A stretch of DNA of 64,000 nt. Origin: Torpedo marmorata. Taxonomy: Eukaryota. The stretch's first letter is position 1, and the number at the start of each line of letters is the position of its first letter. The notes below the pieces were generated by a model. The model did no database searches, was not told the DNA's origin, and saw only the letters and a program-made list of their open reading frames with translations. The translations under genes and the position numbers were made by a program. Positions 35,101 to 50,050 of this stretch are shown here, piece by piece. Where the stretch lies: positions 74,090,001 to 74,154,000 of the forward strand of contig OZ360230.1 in the NCBI GenBank assembly GCA_977017645.1, given 5' to 3'.

Positions 35101-38100
35101 AGAAACAAACAATAGCCCGGACCGTTTCACTTAGTTGTGCGCCACCGTATGTATGTTCACTACTCTCTGCAGTTGCTTGGGCGATGTTGGCGACCTCGTC
35201 TGAAATTGAGTTTGTAGGCATTAAACGGTAGATCTTTTCTCAGAAGACTGCTTTGGATCGTACGGTCTCATCACATCACACTAATTTAATAGGATATTTT
35301 AAAAGTGTGCTGTCAAAGCAGTTCAATTGCATTCGGATGTGAAACTCCCGACAGATAATTGAAGACTGAATTCATGTGCAGGACTGAGAGAGTGCCGCGT
35401 TGTTGTTTGTGCTTTCTGGTTGGAAATGTTGCCTGAGCGGGGTGTTCTGTTGTCCAGTATTCCTTTGGCATTTCCTCCAATTGGTTGGCCGAATCCCAGA
35501 AGAAAGCCCAACACCAGATAAGATGGTCATTTCGCCTTGTTCCATACAAGTTAGCTGTTGTGCTTTGCCTACACAGCAACAAATATAATAGGTGTTACAT
35601 ATTTTCTGTTGGCAATGAAAGAATTTGCATACAAGACTTCGTTATGGAATTATTGGGAAAGGAATTATTGGGAACCTAACGTTACGGAAGCTATACATGT
35701 TAAGGGATAAAATGCAACGATTTACAAAAATCGCAGCTAGCTTCCCAGTTTGTTCGTATTTTCATATGAAAAAGGCAACGTGTGATTAAACCACATGAAC
35801 CAAATCGTCTCATGGCTTGTACTAACTGTTCTTAGCTCGGACAAGGGTAGGGATCTGATAATTGCTATCAGCCCCGGGGTTATACAGGGGAATAATTATC
35901 TTGACCTTCCATCCTTAATGAGCATCCCTTCACTTGATGATGTGCACGTGTATGCGCCCGCGCGCGCCCATGTAATGCGAAAGACAAATGCTGGACGTGT
36001 AATGCTGGGCACAATTGAATCGTTTTCTATCACTGTTTAGGTTCAGACCAGCCAAATGGTCACATGGGTGAGGCATAATTGGGAATCTGAACTCAGAATA
36101 TTAAAGCTTCAAGATGAGGGAAGAGGGAAGGGACAATATTTAATTGTGAATGTTCATGTATACCCAGGTGTTTCAGATCCTAGGATGGGTATACCATTCA
36201 TCCTCTCTCTGGGCAATACAAATGGAGTCAATATTATTTTGGCAATTAATTCAGCAAATGTTCTGATGAATTGAAGATCTGAACAATTCTGAAATTCTGG
36301 ACCCAATCCAAAACCGGGAGTAATTGTTTTATTGTTCACATTATATATGATGAAACCTGGTGTAGATTTTGTAGTGGAGTGAAATTGGTCACATAGGTAT
36401 GTTTAATTACCAGTGTGAAAATTCACCACTCCAGAGGTAGATTTCATGTACCCATCACTCACAAGACACTGCAATGTAATGCCACATGGTGATAGCTTCA
36501 GTCTCTATGCCAGCAGATTGCTAAAGTGTATTAGTGAAGCTTTGTATATCACAGTCAATAGTTTGCAACCCAATAATTTTTAAATTAATTTCTTTGCAGA
36601 ACTTGTACTTTGAATGTAACATTTACAACTAAAGCAGGTTATATTCTATATTCTATTCATTGTTGTATTTGTTGCAGGTAAAAACTTTAAAGTATGAGGT
36701 TTGGACATATTATTTGTTGCAAAATAAACTTTTCCTCAAGTCATTTGATCACATTTTTTCTAGATATTTGCTCATTGGTAACTTAGTACAAAATAACAAT
36801 TACGTTGTCATTATTTTTTAATGTCAAGAAAATGCAAAGTATCTTTTAATTTCATAAACATTAAATGCAACAATAACAGATTGCAACACAGGGATTACTG
36901 GAGAATTCTGCCACATGTTCAAAATATTTGATCAACTTCACATGCAACAAGCATACCTAGAAGTGCTATCAAATAGTGAGAAACAAAGTGAAAAACTTTG
37001 AGTAAAAATTAGATTAAAAAATACGTAAATATGATTAAAATCAGGAATTAAAATTTCACAGAAATTATTTTACTGGTTATTTTCTTCAGTGTTTTAATTA
37101 TTTTAAAAGGATACAAGAAACATTGATGTCATTAAGTGTTGTATTACTGATTGATAAATCTTTGGTCATGATCAATCCACTAATTTCAAATTCTGTATGA
37201 TCAAAACCAAACAACCTCATTGGTGTGGTTCTGCTGCATTAATGCATAAATGGTTTAGAGAATTTCATTGGGTATAGCTCCAATAATCCCACACTGTGAA
37301 ATAAATCAAATCTCAAGAACATTCATGCTCGACATTGTGCCAATTTTAATGTAATGAATTAAAATAAAGCCAACAAGTTTTGATTAGAAATGAAACTTGA
37401 TACTAAAAGATAAAGTTTGTTCATATACAATATGTTTTGGCTGGTAATGTGGATATCAAATTAATACCAGAAGTTACCCTGAACTGTAAAATGGTGAAAT
37501 TCAGCCATTGCATGTGGACATTAATTTTGTTTGGTTCAGCTTACCCAAACAAAGGTTTGCTTTAAATGAAGTACAGTAATGAATTATAATACAAGTTAAG
37601 ATTTCTTCTGAAGCAACTCTCTATGATATAAATAAACCCAGCAACCAATTATGACATGAAAGTCTTGTCTCTTATTTTCTGTGTACCTAGAACACATGGT
37701 AAGATTTTGATCAAGTGAGTTCATAGAATAACATTGACTTCTTTGTTAAATAATACCATATTTTTGAAATCTGTATGAATGACAACAGCTGAATTAAAAT
37801 GTTTGGCCATTTGTCCCAGAGAAATTGTATGGAGCAGAATATGTCGATGATGGCTGTGGTCATGCAGTTACTACATACTAAGCAGGCAGGAAAGGTTCTT
37901 CACAAGTGAATACACTGGAGTTTTATGTCCCTTTTTGCCCTACAGCTGTTTTACAACCTGGAATTAAAATCTGTAAAGAAACTTTTCAGTTGCCTTGGCC
38001 AAATATTGATCAAGTGCTTGTTTGTTGATGCTGATGCTATTGTTGTATGAAGAGGGGCCAGTAGCTCTGCCCCTTGTTGCTGAACTTCTATTGTCATTGC

Positions 38101-41100
38101 CTTTTAACAACAGGGATCAAAGCTCTATGTTTTTGCCTTCCACCAGTTAAACAGAAGATATCTTTATTGTATCTAATATAGGATATTGTAAATGGAATAC
38201 TTCATTAACATGTCTTTTCAATTTAATTATTAACTTAGTTAGGTCTCAGTGCACACTAATGACATAGTTGAGTACTGATGTATAAACGAAAACATCCTAC
38301 TGCATCAATTCTAATGAATCTTTTCTATTGAATATAAGATTATACCGGTATTAAGTTTAATTTAAACATTAATTCAGATGCATAATATAAAAGTTGTATA
38401 TAATATTTGTTAATTTAAATTTTGAAAATATAAAAATGATTTAAAGTAAAATTTCATCGTAATTGGTTATCACCAAAATAATTGTGGTTTAAATTGTTTG
38501 GTATAAATCCCATCTGTGGATCACTTTCTCTTTCTTTCCTTTTTTTAAAGCTTCTACCTAAAATCAACACCAGATTTGGAAAAATGCTAAGAAGCCTTTC
38601 ACGGCCATGCATTTAAACCATTCCTGAACTGTCTTTGAACCAAGAAAAAAATCCAGAAAATAATTATAATGGAGCAAGAAGCCTTTTCAGCTTTAATTAT
38701 TCTCATCATTCTCATTGTAAAATGATATGGTAAGAGAGTATAGGGAACTAAAGATCAATGTTCTTAAGTACACTGTATACTAATAACAAGTTAGATGTTT
38801 GGTTGGGATAACTCATCAAGTTAACCTTAAGATGGAATGGTGTCTTCTATTCACACTATAGCAGATCAGTTCTTTTGGTCATCTCACTATCATTCTATTT
38901 AATGATATTTTACTTTATTTTTTTAAGTTATGAACAATTGTTCTATACATTCAAATTAGGGTGGCCCAATAATTTCCCAATTAAGATGAAACAAAAGGCA
39001 ATCAATTTAGAACAGAGTAAATAATATCATCATTTAACTTTGCCTTAAATTAAAGTATACTTTGATTTGTACTCATGGAGCATAACTCATGTAATTTATT
39101 TTGTGACAAGCAATACTGCTGCCATAATCCCTTAAACCTTCAGAAATTTTGTCAAGGAATACCTGTATATTTTCTAAATAAAGCACCTACATAATGCTCC
39201 CTGTAGCACTGCATCATAAAATTAGGTAAAAAATGTTGTACATATTATGTTTGAACTTTCATAACTAAGTTTTATCATTGCATAATCTGCAACATCCATC
39301 TTAAACAACTTCAATACCTTTGCTTGATTTTCAAAATTATATTGGTTAACAAGATATGATGAAAAGATTTGCATACGATTTAACTAATTATGAAGTTAGA
39401 AGGGACAACAGAGATATAAACTAAATCATCTAAAGGCTGGGCATTTACTGATACTTCAGATTTGATATCTTTCTTGCAGAGAAAACATCAGTCACTGCAT
39501 CGCCTTGAGCTCTATGGTTAAAGGTTTGATTCATCAGGCACTGTAACATGCTGCTCACTGAGATTTGACATTCATGTAGATACATCCTGCTGTATTTTTA
39601 TGAATACTTCCTTGTTCTGGGGAGATGTGGGGAGAAGTCTCAGAAAATTTTTTTTAAGTTAAAAATATCTTGTGAACAAAATATTTTATGAAGACAATTG
39701 ACGTTGTATGAGAATGTGTGGCTAAATAAGATTGTTATAATGAGAATATCATGTATTTGCCACAGTACATATTCTGATAAATGTCTCATCTTGCAAAAGG
39801 TTCACTTCTTTGTGGAGGAGTGTGGTACCACTGCCATGAATTAGGATGATGCAACATACGAGGCTCCCTTTTAAATTCTTTATTACAGATAATCTAAAAA
39901 CTGCTTTTCACAGATGGAAACATTGAGTTATATAATTCCAAAACAGGCCTTTCAGCCCATCGTCCATGCTGACCTAACTAGAATAATTCCATTTACAAGA
40001 AATCAGTTTGTAGCCTATTGCTGGACAAAATAGCGACCATCTGTCTGCCTCACGGTAGACAAAAATTAAAGAATTTCATGTATGTTAAATTCTAAAATGT
40101 AGTATTACGTGACAATAACGGAACCTTTACCTTTACCTGTGTAATTTATGCCATTAATTATAACTGAACAAAATTCTTCAGGATTTAACTGCAGCAAATA
40201 CTAATCATGCTCAGTCTAATATGGTGTCAGTCTAAATTTTATGTAGAATAGCTATAATTTGGAGCATGATCTCAAATGTTGAAAGAGAGATGTATTTGAT
40301 ATTCAGTGGGTTTATATATTTTAATTAATTGTGGAATAATAGCCTGTCACATTGACATTCTGTATTTTGGAGGTGGATGCACTAAAGAATGCTTCACAGA
40401 TCTTGATTAAATAACTATTGAAGACAGAGGCACTTGAGTGGTGGAATAGTAGGTGCTATTGTAGAATGAGCTTGTTGAAAGTTGTGAGCCAGAGGTTTCT
40501 CATATAAATACCCAGTGGTTGGTGCTCCTACTTGATGGAGATAGTAATGTTAAGCCTCAGCTGGAATCCTAGCTATTCCCAGGCAATCTTCAAAGTGGTA
40601 AAAAGGATGAACTGTTTTCAGTGGAACAGGAGAACTTCAATTTTGACCAATTTGTCAGCAAGGGCAGGGTTTTACGTGCAACTTTGCAATTGTGAATTCA
40701 CAGGAAGTCAAAGCTGAAATGCTGAGGAGTTAATCACATATACATGAACGATTTGCATTTTAAAAATTTATTTATTATTGCCATGTGTACTTTCTCTTGC
40801 GTGCCATTCAACAGCTAGCCAAGAGTCATCACAAGTGCCATCTTGCAAACGAAACAAAGGAGAAAAAGACAAGAAAGAAAAGAATAAAGAAAGTCCCTTC
40901 AGATAGAGCAAGTGGTCAAGGATCATGCTGCCTGTAATGTATCCGCCGCCTCTGTAACCAGCAATAGCCACTGATGCTGCTACAGCCTCCGCTACTTGTT
41001 CCTGTTGTTCCTGCATGTTGCTCAGCAGTGGGTGCATCAGAGCATTTAAGATCTTGCAATTAAATTGCAGAAATAGCAATGTAGGTTCATATGAAACTCC

Positions 41101-44100
41101 TACACATATTACTCCACCAAAGATCCTAATCTACTTGGAATGAAGTATTATTTTAAGATAAATTAACCTAAGGAAATCAATACAATCACTTGGCATTTCT
41201 CTTATTTGTAAATACATATTTAAAGCCTGTTTATTTTTTAATTTATTTTCCCCATTAATAATAAATGTATTGAAATGTTCTCTTTAAATTCCTCTCCAAA
41301 TTCCTCAAGTACAATCTGGTGAAATTTTGAGAAGGCACACATATAGTCCAGTGTCTCTGTCTAATCACTTCAAGGACATATGTTAGAGTGGTCTTGAGGT
41401 CGCCTCCCCTTTTGAGAAAGGTGCTTCTCCCAAGTAGCCAAGCTAAGGTCAAGAGTACATTGAAGGGATTGGGGTTCGTTTGAATGAAAGACCAAACTCC
41501 CATGCTATTGAATGATGATTGAATGCTGATTCTAACTTTCATCACCTATAATTTATCAGAGGTCATTAATAATGTTAAGCCCCAGTATAATTTCTCATTA
41601 TTGAAATAAAAACAAATTTAAAGTGACCCAAGAGGTGTAATTAAAAAAAAAACATACAGTATATTTTAATGGTGTGTTTTCTTGTTCCAGGGAAACATTC
41701 CCTGTCTGCTTCAGTATTCAAAGTAGTAAAAAGGAATTAGCTGTTCTCAGTGGAAGAGAAGAACAGCATTTTTGAGAACTGGAAAGGTATGTTGAGTTGT
41801 TTTCAGTGGCAGATTTCTCAAGCTTAGAAATTTCCTATGTTGTGCTTTCTTTAAGAGACACTTTGCTCATATATGTTCAGAAAAGTCTTGGGACTTAATA
41901 ACTGCTGGCACAAACTTAAAAATTCCATTCATGAACAAGCTACAACTGTAAATGGTAGGAAGAATGTTAGAGACTGCCTTTTTGCATGCTGTAAGCTTTT
42001 CATTATATGAAGTCCCTGGGGGTAGGTAGAGGTGATGGGAATGGTTGTTCAGTTGCTGGAGAACATTGAGTGATGAGTGGAAGAGAAACACTGTCTCACA
42101 ATACAGTAGTGATAATCAGAAGATAAGTTAACCTAAATCAAGTTTTTTTTTGCATTTTTTACTAACTGGTTCAGAACTGGCAGAGACGTAGCAATAGAAT
42201 AGCACCATCCACTAAGTTGGGTGACAATGTACACTATAAAAGGATGTAAACGAGGGGATATATAAAACAAAGTACCAAGTGAACTATTGATTTAAAATTA
42301 TAAAACCATACAGAATGTTTAAGCAGCATTCAGATTGTGGGTACAAATCATTAGAGTGTCTCAATTTGTTTTCCAAACTGCTAAGCATTCATATTTTCAG
42401 GACGTATGTTACTAAGATATTTTTGCTTTCTTTCATTGGCTCTATTCTAATATACTCTCGCTGAGCAGCTGCCGTTAGTTGGCATCTGCAAAACCCACAC
42501 CATGATCATCAGGCATTACAAGTCCCGTGTTCACCAAACTGTCAATGCCTGTTGTGATTAGCAACATGAAATGAAATGTGTTTTATACCGACAAGAAGCC
42601 AGCTCTCCAAAAAAAAATCAGCTCCAGCCTCATGGTTCTTTTTTGAACCACGTCTGAAGGAGGGATCTACAAAATATCACAGTTGCTATAAAAATACAAG
42701 ATGAAAAAATCTTTTTTCTTTGCTACTAAGCCTTTCAAACAAAATTATGTCTTTAATATCCCATTGGTGTTTACTTAATTTGGAAAGGGGTATAATAACG
42801 GTAACAATGTCATCCCTCACAGATCAGGGATTGTGCTTACAGATTGAACATAAATGCACTTCAGAAATACAAACATTGAAAAGGATAAAATATTTGTCAA
42901 AGGGAAATCTGGAAAGGGTAATTGAATAAGCTTGGATCCCTGAAATATGTCATGGTGAGTGCAGTCAACATGTCATAATTAGTTTCACTGAAGACCATTC
43001 CAACAATCTGCTTCTATTCTTCCTGCATCATTGTCCGCAGCTAGGCAAATAGCCAGAGGACAAAAGGAATCAAGTTCTGACAAAACATGAAAGAGTAAAA
43101 AAAGATTTAACTGCTTTTATCAAAGAAACTGAGAAAAACTTTGTGTAAATAAAGCGAATAACTTGCCATCAATATTTCAGCAATTGCATTTCTCATTACC
43201 TGCTGTTGACAGATAAAAAAGAGTAGTGTTTGAAAGTTCTTTTGCAATACATTTCAAGATTTTTAAAAAAAAGGGATCAATAAGCACATCAGTGCGAACA
43301 ATGAAACAGCTTTAACTTATCGGATCACAGGATGTAAGGCTGTATTTTAGTGATGCTGTAACATTGACTCGATTGAGGCCCCTGCGTGCTTAATTGAGGT
43401 AACAAACTGTTAATGTTTTCATCAAAATATGTGTGATAGATTTACAAAATAATGTTGTAAGCTGCTTTGGAACTGGTTTGTAACATGTTATGATTTAATA
43501 TTAAGGAAAATAAATTTCCAAAAAAATAGTAACAATATATGCATAAGATTGTAGAAGATAGAGAAAACAAAGTTTAAACCCAATCACGTTTGAAGTTGCG
43601 AGAAGAATCTGGTAAGTTAAAATGTAACATTTTATTATTTCATTGATATATAGGGTGAATTTGTTTAATATCAAGGATTCTGATTATATTTAAGTTCAAA
43701 CAAAAACTTTGAAAGTTGGAGTGAATGATCTCATTTTTTATAATAACATATTAATTAAAATAAGACACTGATCTGAAGAACAAGTAATTTAAACTTTTCC
43801 TTTGTTTTGCTGCTCGTCATAATGGCAGAAAGTTGTTATGCCATTGTGACTTGAACTGACTACGACTATTTTGTAGTATATTTGTTGGTTTTCTCTTGTT
43901 TGTTTACAGTACAAATTACCATTAGAGCAAAGCTTCTTCAACTCTTTCTGCCTCCCCCATCATGAGGCCTTCAGCATGGTGACCATCCAAGCATAAAAAC
44001 ATGCTTATCTGCAAATGAATGGCAGTTCTATGCTTCATTAAAGCTCCTTTCTCTTTTGGCACTCGCATTGTGACCCTTTGATATTAATTCAAAGGCCAAT

Positions 44101-46774
44101 TAATGAATGCGGCTTGTCTTTGAAGTGAAGTATTCAGGGCAGGCAATAGGATGAACCTGAGGCTCCAATGGACTATATTCATTCAGTAGCCCTTCATAAG
44201 GGGTACATCCAGTTCAGGCAGTTTTGTTTCAGCTTGTGGTTAATGTAGCGCAGCTGATTCTGTGTTTGTTAATTGCATTATATGGGATTGAGTACTAGCT
44301 GGGCTCCTCCAGCATATTGCACCTAAGTTTATTTTAATGTTTCCACTCAGTTTGGCTTAGAGTTCTGATGTGGTTTATTATTATTGTCATTTATTGTACC
44401 AATCTAATTGATTGTACTCAATTGCAGTAAGTTTTGGGATTGCCGAATTGGTGTTGCAGAGTTGACTCAGAGCTAATTTGGCTGCACTCTGATAACTATA
44501 GGCACTGAATTGGGAGTCACTCTACTGTGACCAAATCCTTCATAAGACCATTTGAATTGACTAAAAGAATATGGACAAGAGAAGGTCAAGGAGAGAGGGC
44601 TAAAGAAGCACTCTATTTGTTAGAAGTATTAGCCAAGCAAAACTCCAAATAGCAACAATATGACCACAGTTAATAGACAAGCCAGACAGAGGCATGTCAA
44701 TCACTAACCTTGGAAAGCAATAGACTGTAGCCCACTGTTTTATCCAATTAGCTTGGTAAACTCAGCATCTGTGATGATAATGTGCTCATTCCAGATTGCT
44801 GAGTTTGTTAATTAATTACAAAGATAATATTCAGCTAGCTTTCTATGTCTTTGTACCAATATATAAAGATTTTCCCCATAGTCATTGAGTTTTCAAATTC
44901 ACAGGCCTTTGATACTTAAGCAAATCAGCAAAAAGTGCTAAACTTTGCTAAGTATGTGTATCTTTCACACACAAAATACCTTCCATTTTATTAATTTTAA
45001 TTTATTTTGAAAATTGAATGCAGTATGGATCCTTTTTTTGCATAGCTGGTAATTTAAATATTATCAATATAACTATGTGAGCACTGTCAGATTTAGTGAC
45101 TTCACAGCACCTTCCCAGCAGCGTTATTTGCTTGGAGTAAAATACTCTGTAAAAGGCTGCATTGGATGCAGCCAGCCAATGCAGTTTCCTTGGTAACCAC
45201 ACAATAAAATTACATATATTTGCATTGAAATATATATAGCCATATAGCCAATTATTCAGATTATATTGGTTTGGTAACTTGGATCTTCCAGTGATATAAA
45301 CCAATAAATATTCAAGATATTGGACTTAATCTTGTGCTCATGCTCAGGAAGGAAACAATTGCAATGCTGAAGTGATTAGTTCATCAAAAGGTTTTCCTCC
45401 AAACAAATATATAGTTCAAGAATAACAATAATGTTTGCATCAGGGGCTAGAATATATGACTTAAGAAAACAAGACCAAAGTTTAGATTTCTTGGTGACGT
45501 AGGATTAGTTTTGATATGGCATCAATTATAAAGGTATTATTGATACTTGGAAATAGAAATTAAACTAGATTAATGTTGAAGGATATGGATTGTTCTGAGT
45601 TTGGATCAGTTGGTTTTTGATGAAGAAAAATATAACCAACTGACCTCACAAGCATATTAAATAAAATAGATATTTTTGTATTTCTCTATGTACAACCAGT
45701 GACTTTAAATTGCAGATGGGTGTGTCTGTGAACATTTCGAGGAGGTAACCAAAAGTTGATAGGTCTTTATGATTAATCATAGTTAATGATGTAAAATATT
45801 ATTTTTAGTCCTGCATTTAATTTACATGTCCATATTAAATGTGCATTCTTCAAAATCATGTTTTATCAAATTCCAGGAAAATTAGGCATGTCTCAAGAAG
45901 GAAGGTTCCCATTTTTGATCGAATACCCATTTTATAATTTTGTTTTATATGTGAATGAGTGAACATTCAGTTGAAAGTGGCATATTACAACAGAACAATA
46001 TTAATCAAATCCAGATCCTTGTTCTGTGTGAGATACATGTTAATTCCCACATCAACTTGTTGGTGCAAACAATCCCAACAATTGTGCCATATTTTTTTCC
46101 TCCATTCCTGAAATATGGATATTGGATTAACTATGTAGGGTTGTAGGAGTGCTTTAACATAAACTGTGAATCCAAATGCTTGAATGAACTCTTTGTTTAT
46201 CGCTGGCAATTGTTGACCTGTTCAAATATATGAGAAAAGAAGCACTGACTGAGTCACTGAAAAGACATTCTTGACCATTGCCCTCTTGTGGTCATGTGAC
46301 ATGGTTACTTCAGCCTGTTCACCTTTGCAAATAACTTGGAAGCAGGTCCTCCAACAAAAAAAAAATCTGCCTATAAGAAAATGGAAGATTTTAATTAGCT
46401 CCTTGAATAAAACCTCTTTCTGCGATTGGGAATTTGGAGGCCGAACGAGTGACAAAGGTGAAGCAATTGGATCAAGTGACTCACTGTATCCCTGTTTATA
46501 TTTTACTTTCAAGTAAACAAAACAGTGAAAAGATAGGAAGTAAAAGGAAGGACAACATAAGCATTCATTCACATTAAATCTATAAAGATTCATTTGCAGC
46601 ACTGTATATTAAATCAAACTATTAATAAAAGTATTCTGTGTTAACAACATTTAATGAAGTTTTAGCTTCAGACTCTCATGTGCACTAAGAACCATGGTTT
46701 TAATATTACCTCACTGAAATCCTACACAAGAGATAAAATAACGTTAAAATATCAAAACCAAGTATGAAATATTC

Positions 46775-47685
46775 TTTTTTTATTTTTTTAAAATTATTTT
46801 ATTTAAACTTTTAAATCACAAAATACATAAGATAAAATATAAAATTGTCAAAATACATGTGATACATTTTCACCCCCCCACCCTCCCTCCCCTCCCCAAT
46901 CCCCCATCCCCACTAATCTAATAAAAATAAAATAAAAGTAAAAATAGAAAAAAGAAAGAAAGAGAAAGATAGATTAAGGGGAATACCGTCTATAAACTAA
47001 TTCTATTATGGAGGTCAAATGTGCCAGTAGATCCGATATCCAGAGATCTTCAAATCCTTAAACCCACAGCTCTCATATATGGGCTCCAAATTTTCAAAAA
47101 GAAATGATATTTATTACGTAAATTATAAGTAATTTTTCCAGTGGTATACACGAACGGAGCTCTGCATGCCATCTTTCTAATCCTAAATCTAAGTCAGATT
47201 TCCAAGTAATAGCAATGCATTTTTTCGAAACAGCTAAAGCAATTCGTAAAAATTCTACTTGAAACATATTTAATTTCTTTTTAATACTAATTTTTTTAAT
47301 ATCTCCAAGTAAAAATAATATAGGATCCATTGGAAATACAATATTAAATACTTTATCTAAAAAATGTTTAACTTTCAACCAAAAATCTTGAATCTTTGGA
47401 CAAAACCATGTAGAATGAACAAAAGAACCTTCCTCATTATTGCATCTAAAACATAGTCCTGATAATGTCGGATTAAATTTCTTTAATTTTTTAGGTGTTA
47501 AATATAATTGATGAAAAAAATTATATTGTACTAATCTATAACTAACATTAATAATCTTCGTCATACTTAACTTACATAAATCTTTCCAGTGATTTTCATC
47601 TATATTTACATTTAAATCTAATTCCTATTTTAATCTTGATTTATGCAATCCTATTTTAGGCATTTTCCTCTGAAACAATTTATGT
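46775..47685 (-). mobile_element. L1 3' fragment, same family as the 8.9-14.0 kb copy
   Basis: ORF 47094-47564 is nearly identical in protein to 13216-13782 (YRLVQYNFFHQL, CFRCN.EEGSFVHSTWFCP, LERWHAELRSCIPLEK); same 3' UTR. Confidence 0.95.
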
Positions 47686-49823
47686 ATGAAATATTCTTGG
47701 GTTATAATTTTCTGCTGAAATAGAAGCGAGTTGCTCATCTAAATATATAGCAGGAAATCTGTCAGCACAACTTTTGAAGGCATGCTTGTAACATACTGCC
47801 AGGTCAAAGTTTATCATAAGGTCAATTTCTACTAGTGTTTCCCAGTTTGATTTTCAATTAACTGATCATTTACTTTTGACTGGCAATGAAAAATGTAATC
47901 CCTGAAAAATATACTTGGTGAGATTTCAGTAATTACAATCAATGGTGATAACATAAAATAACCAGATTTATGTGGAAAAAAAAGTGTGAATCACAACACA
48001 ATTATTTCCATAGTTATGGTGTAAAAACTGTGGGGAGGCTATTTTTGATGTTAGCACCCCAGGCCAGCATAGAGATCTTTCATGGTAGATTTGCAGTTTT
48101 CAAAGCAAGAGAAATATTTGGTGTGCTATGTTTAAAAAGTAAATTTTTCACGGTTCATTTGTTCACATTACAATACAAAATCAAAGAACATGGGGAAAAA
48201 GGGTAGAATTGGCATCATAGTCAAACATAATTCTATGGTGTCATTAGACGGATCAGTTTTGCGTGTTTTACGTAATTAAAATTCAACTTTCATATGGCTC
48301 CGAGTGCCCATAAAAATGTCCATTTTATGCTTTTCAACATGGCTTTTTCTAATCGTCCTGCGCTCTGGCATGACATAAGCAAACTTTCCTGGGGTGGTGC
48401 CAATTGGGAATTTGTTCCTGGTTTCACACCAGTGAAACATGCCCCATCTCCACATGTGACCATGAATGTTGCTGTGATGATATCCATTAGGAATCGTGCT
48501 TTCTAAATGCTTATTTTTTTCAAAATAAACAATAATTCCAGAAAGTAGCCATTAGATACGGTTGAACACACTTCATAATTTAAAACATTGCATGGTTTTC
48601 CGATAACATTTTGGGAACAAAGACTGAATCATTTCAAAAGCAAATCTGTTCTTAATGGAGAGAAGTAATTTAGTAAGGGTAAAAGGCCAATAGTCAATTC
48701 ATTTCAATGTACTGCAGCCATGAACTAAACTAAGTTTTTATGTTTTATAGTTTCTGAAACCCAACAAAAAATTTTGAAACATCCTACAGCAGCAATTTAA
48801 TTTTTAATACAATAATGTATGTACTTGTTTCTGATACAGCAGAATTATTAAAAAGCAAACTATTTAATAACTAAAAATCAGGGATAGATATTAGTATTTC
48901 TTTGGTCATTTACAAATTATTATATTAATTACACTTGAGAATACCAGAAGCATTTCTTTCAATGGCGAAGGAGTTAATAAATGACAACGTTTATCCTTGG
49001 CCAATATGCTCCTGTTGTTCTGCTCCAGATGTTTATTTATATTTTAATGAATCTAAACAAGTTTTAACTCTAAACTAAACAAACTATTGGTTGGTGGGTG
49101 CATGGTATTAAATAAAGTGAAATAATTTCATTATGTTTTACTTTGACAGCTTTGTACATATCGGGCAGTGAAGGCATTACATCTTTAATAAATGGTTGAT
49201 ATTTTGCCACAATATTTCTGAAATAGTGTTACCTATAATGTATCAATTTTAAAGACAACCTAGGCAGGTGTAAAATTAATGTATTTGGTAGATACTGAAG
49301 CCCTAGAAGCAGAACGATAGGCACAGATGGGCCAGAAGCTGTCACCCCATCATTGCTATGAGTACATCTGCTTTACTTCAATGTACTGTTATATGTACTC
49401 AGTCAATCACTTTGTTCCATTTGCTGAGAAGCTAAACTGGTCTGATCTGCAAATAAATTGTTCATTTGTCTTTTTTCCCTTTTGTTTTGTTTTGGTAACA
49501 CATGTCGACAGCTCAATTACCCAGTTCATTAACAGCTCCCAAAAGACTCTGTGGCTGGTCTCTGATAGCAACTGTGCTTGGAGCACATATGGTCTGTAAA
49601 GGCCTCCTGCTTGATAGTTATATAAACTAAAATGACTGCTGCCTTTATCTTCAGTATTTCCTTCACCAGGACTACACCTCTCAAAGCAAGCAACTGTTTT
49701 TGATTGTATTACTGATTTGGATTTCCTTTTCTCAGTAATACTCCTACGTGCAGTGCTCTGTTCGAAGCATTTTTGTTTACCGGTAATTTGATTATGTTGA
49801 TTGGTGCAGGGATGTTGTTGGTA

Positions 49824-50050
49824 AATTTAATTTTAATTTAGACATACAGCATGGTAACAGGCCATTTCGGCCCACGTCCTTGCCGCCCAATTTACACCCC
49901 ATTAACCTACACCCCCGGTACGTTTTGAACAGTGGGAGGAAACCGGAGCCCCCGGAGAAAACCCACGCAGACACGGGGAGAACGTACAAACTCCTTACAG
50001 ACAGTGCGGGACTCGAACCCCAGTCCGGACCCGATCACTGGCGCTGTAAA
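49824..50050 (-). mobile_element. V-SINE (HE1-like), young copy
   Basis: Reverse complement: gggttcgagtccc B-box, V-domain GTTCTCCCCGTGTCTGCGTGGGTTTTCTCCGGGGGCTCCGGTTTCCTCCCAC, CR1-like tail ggcctgttaccatgctgta. Confidence 0.9.

Noticed and set aside
40768-41079. Minus-strand ORF with QEQQEQVAEAVAASVA
   Set aside because: Low complexity, no recognisable domain and no convincing splice context.
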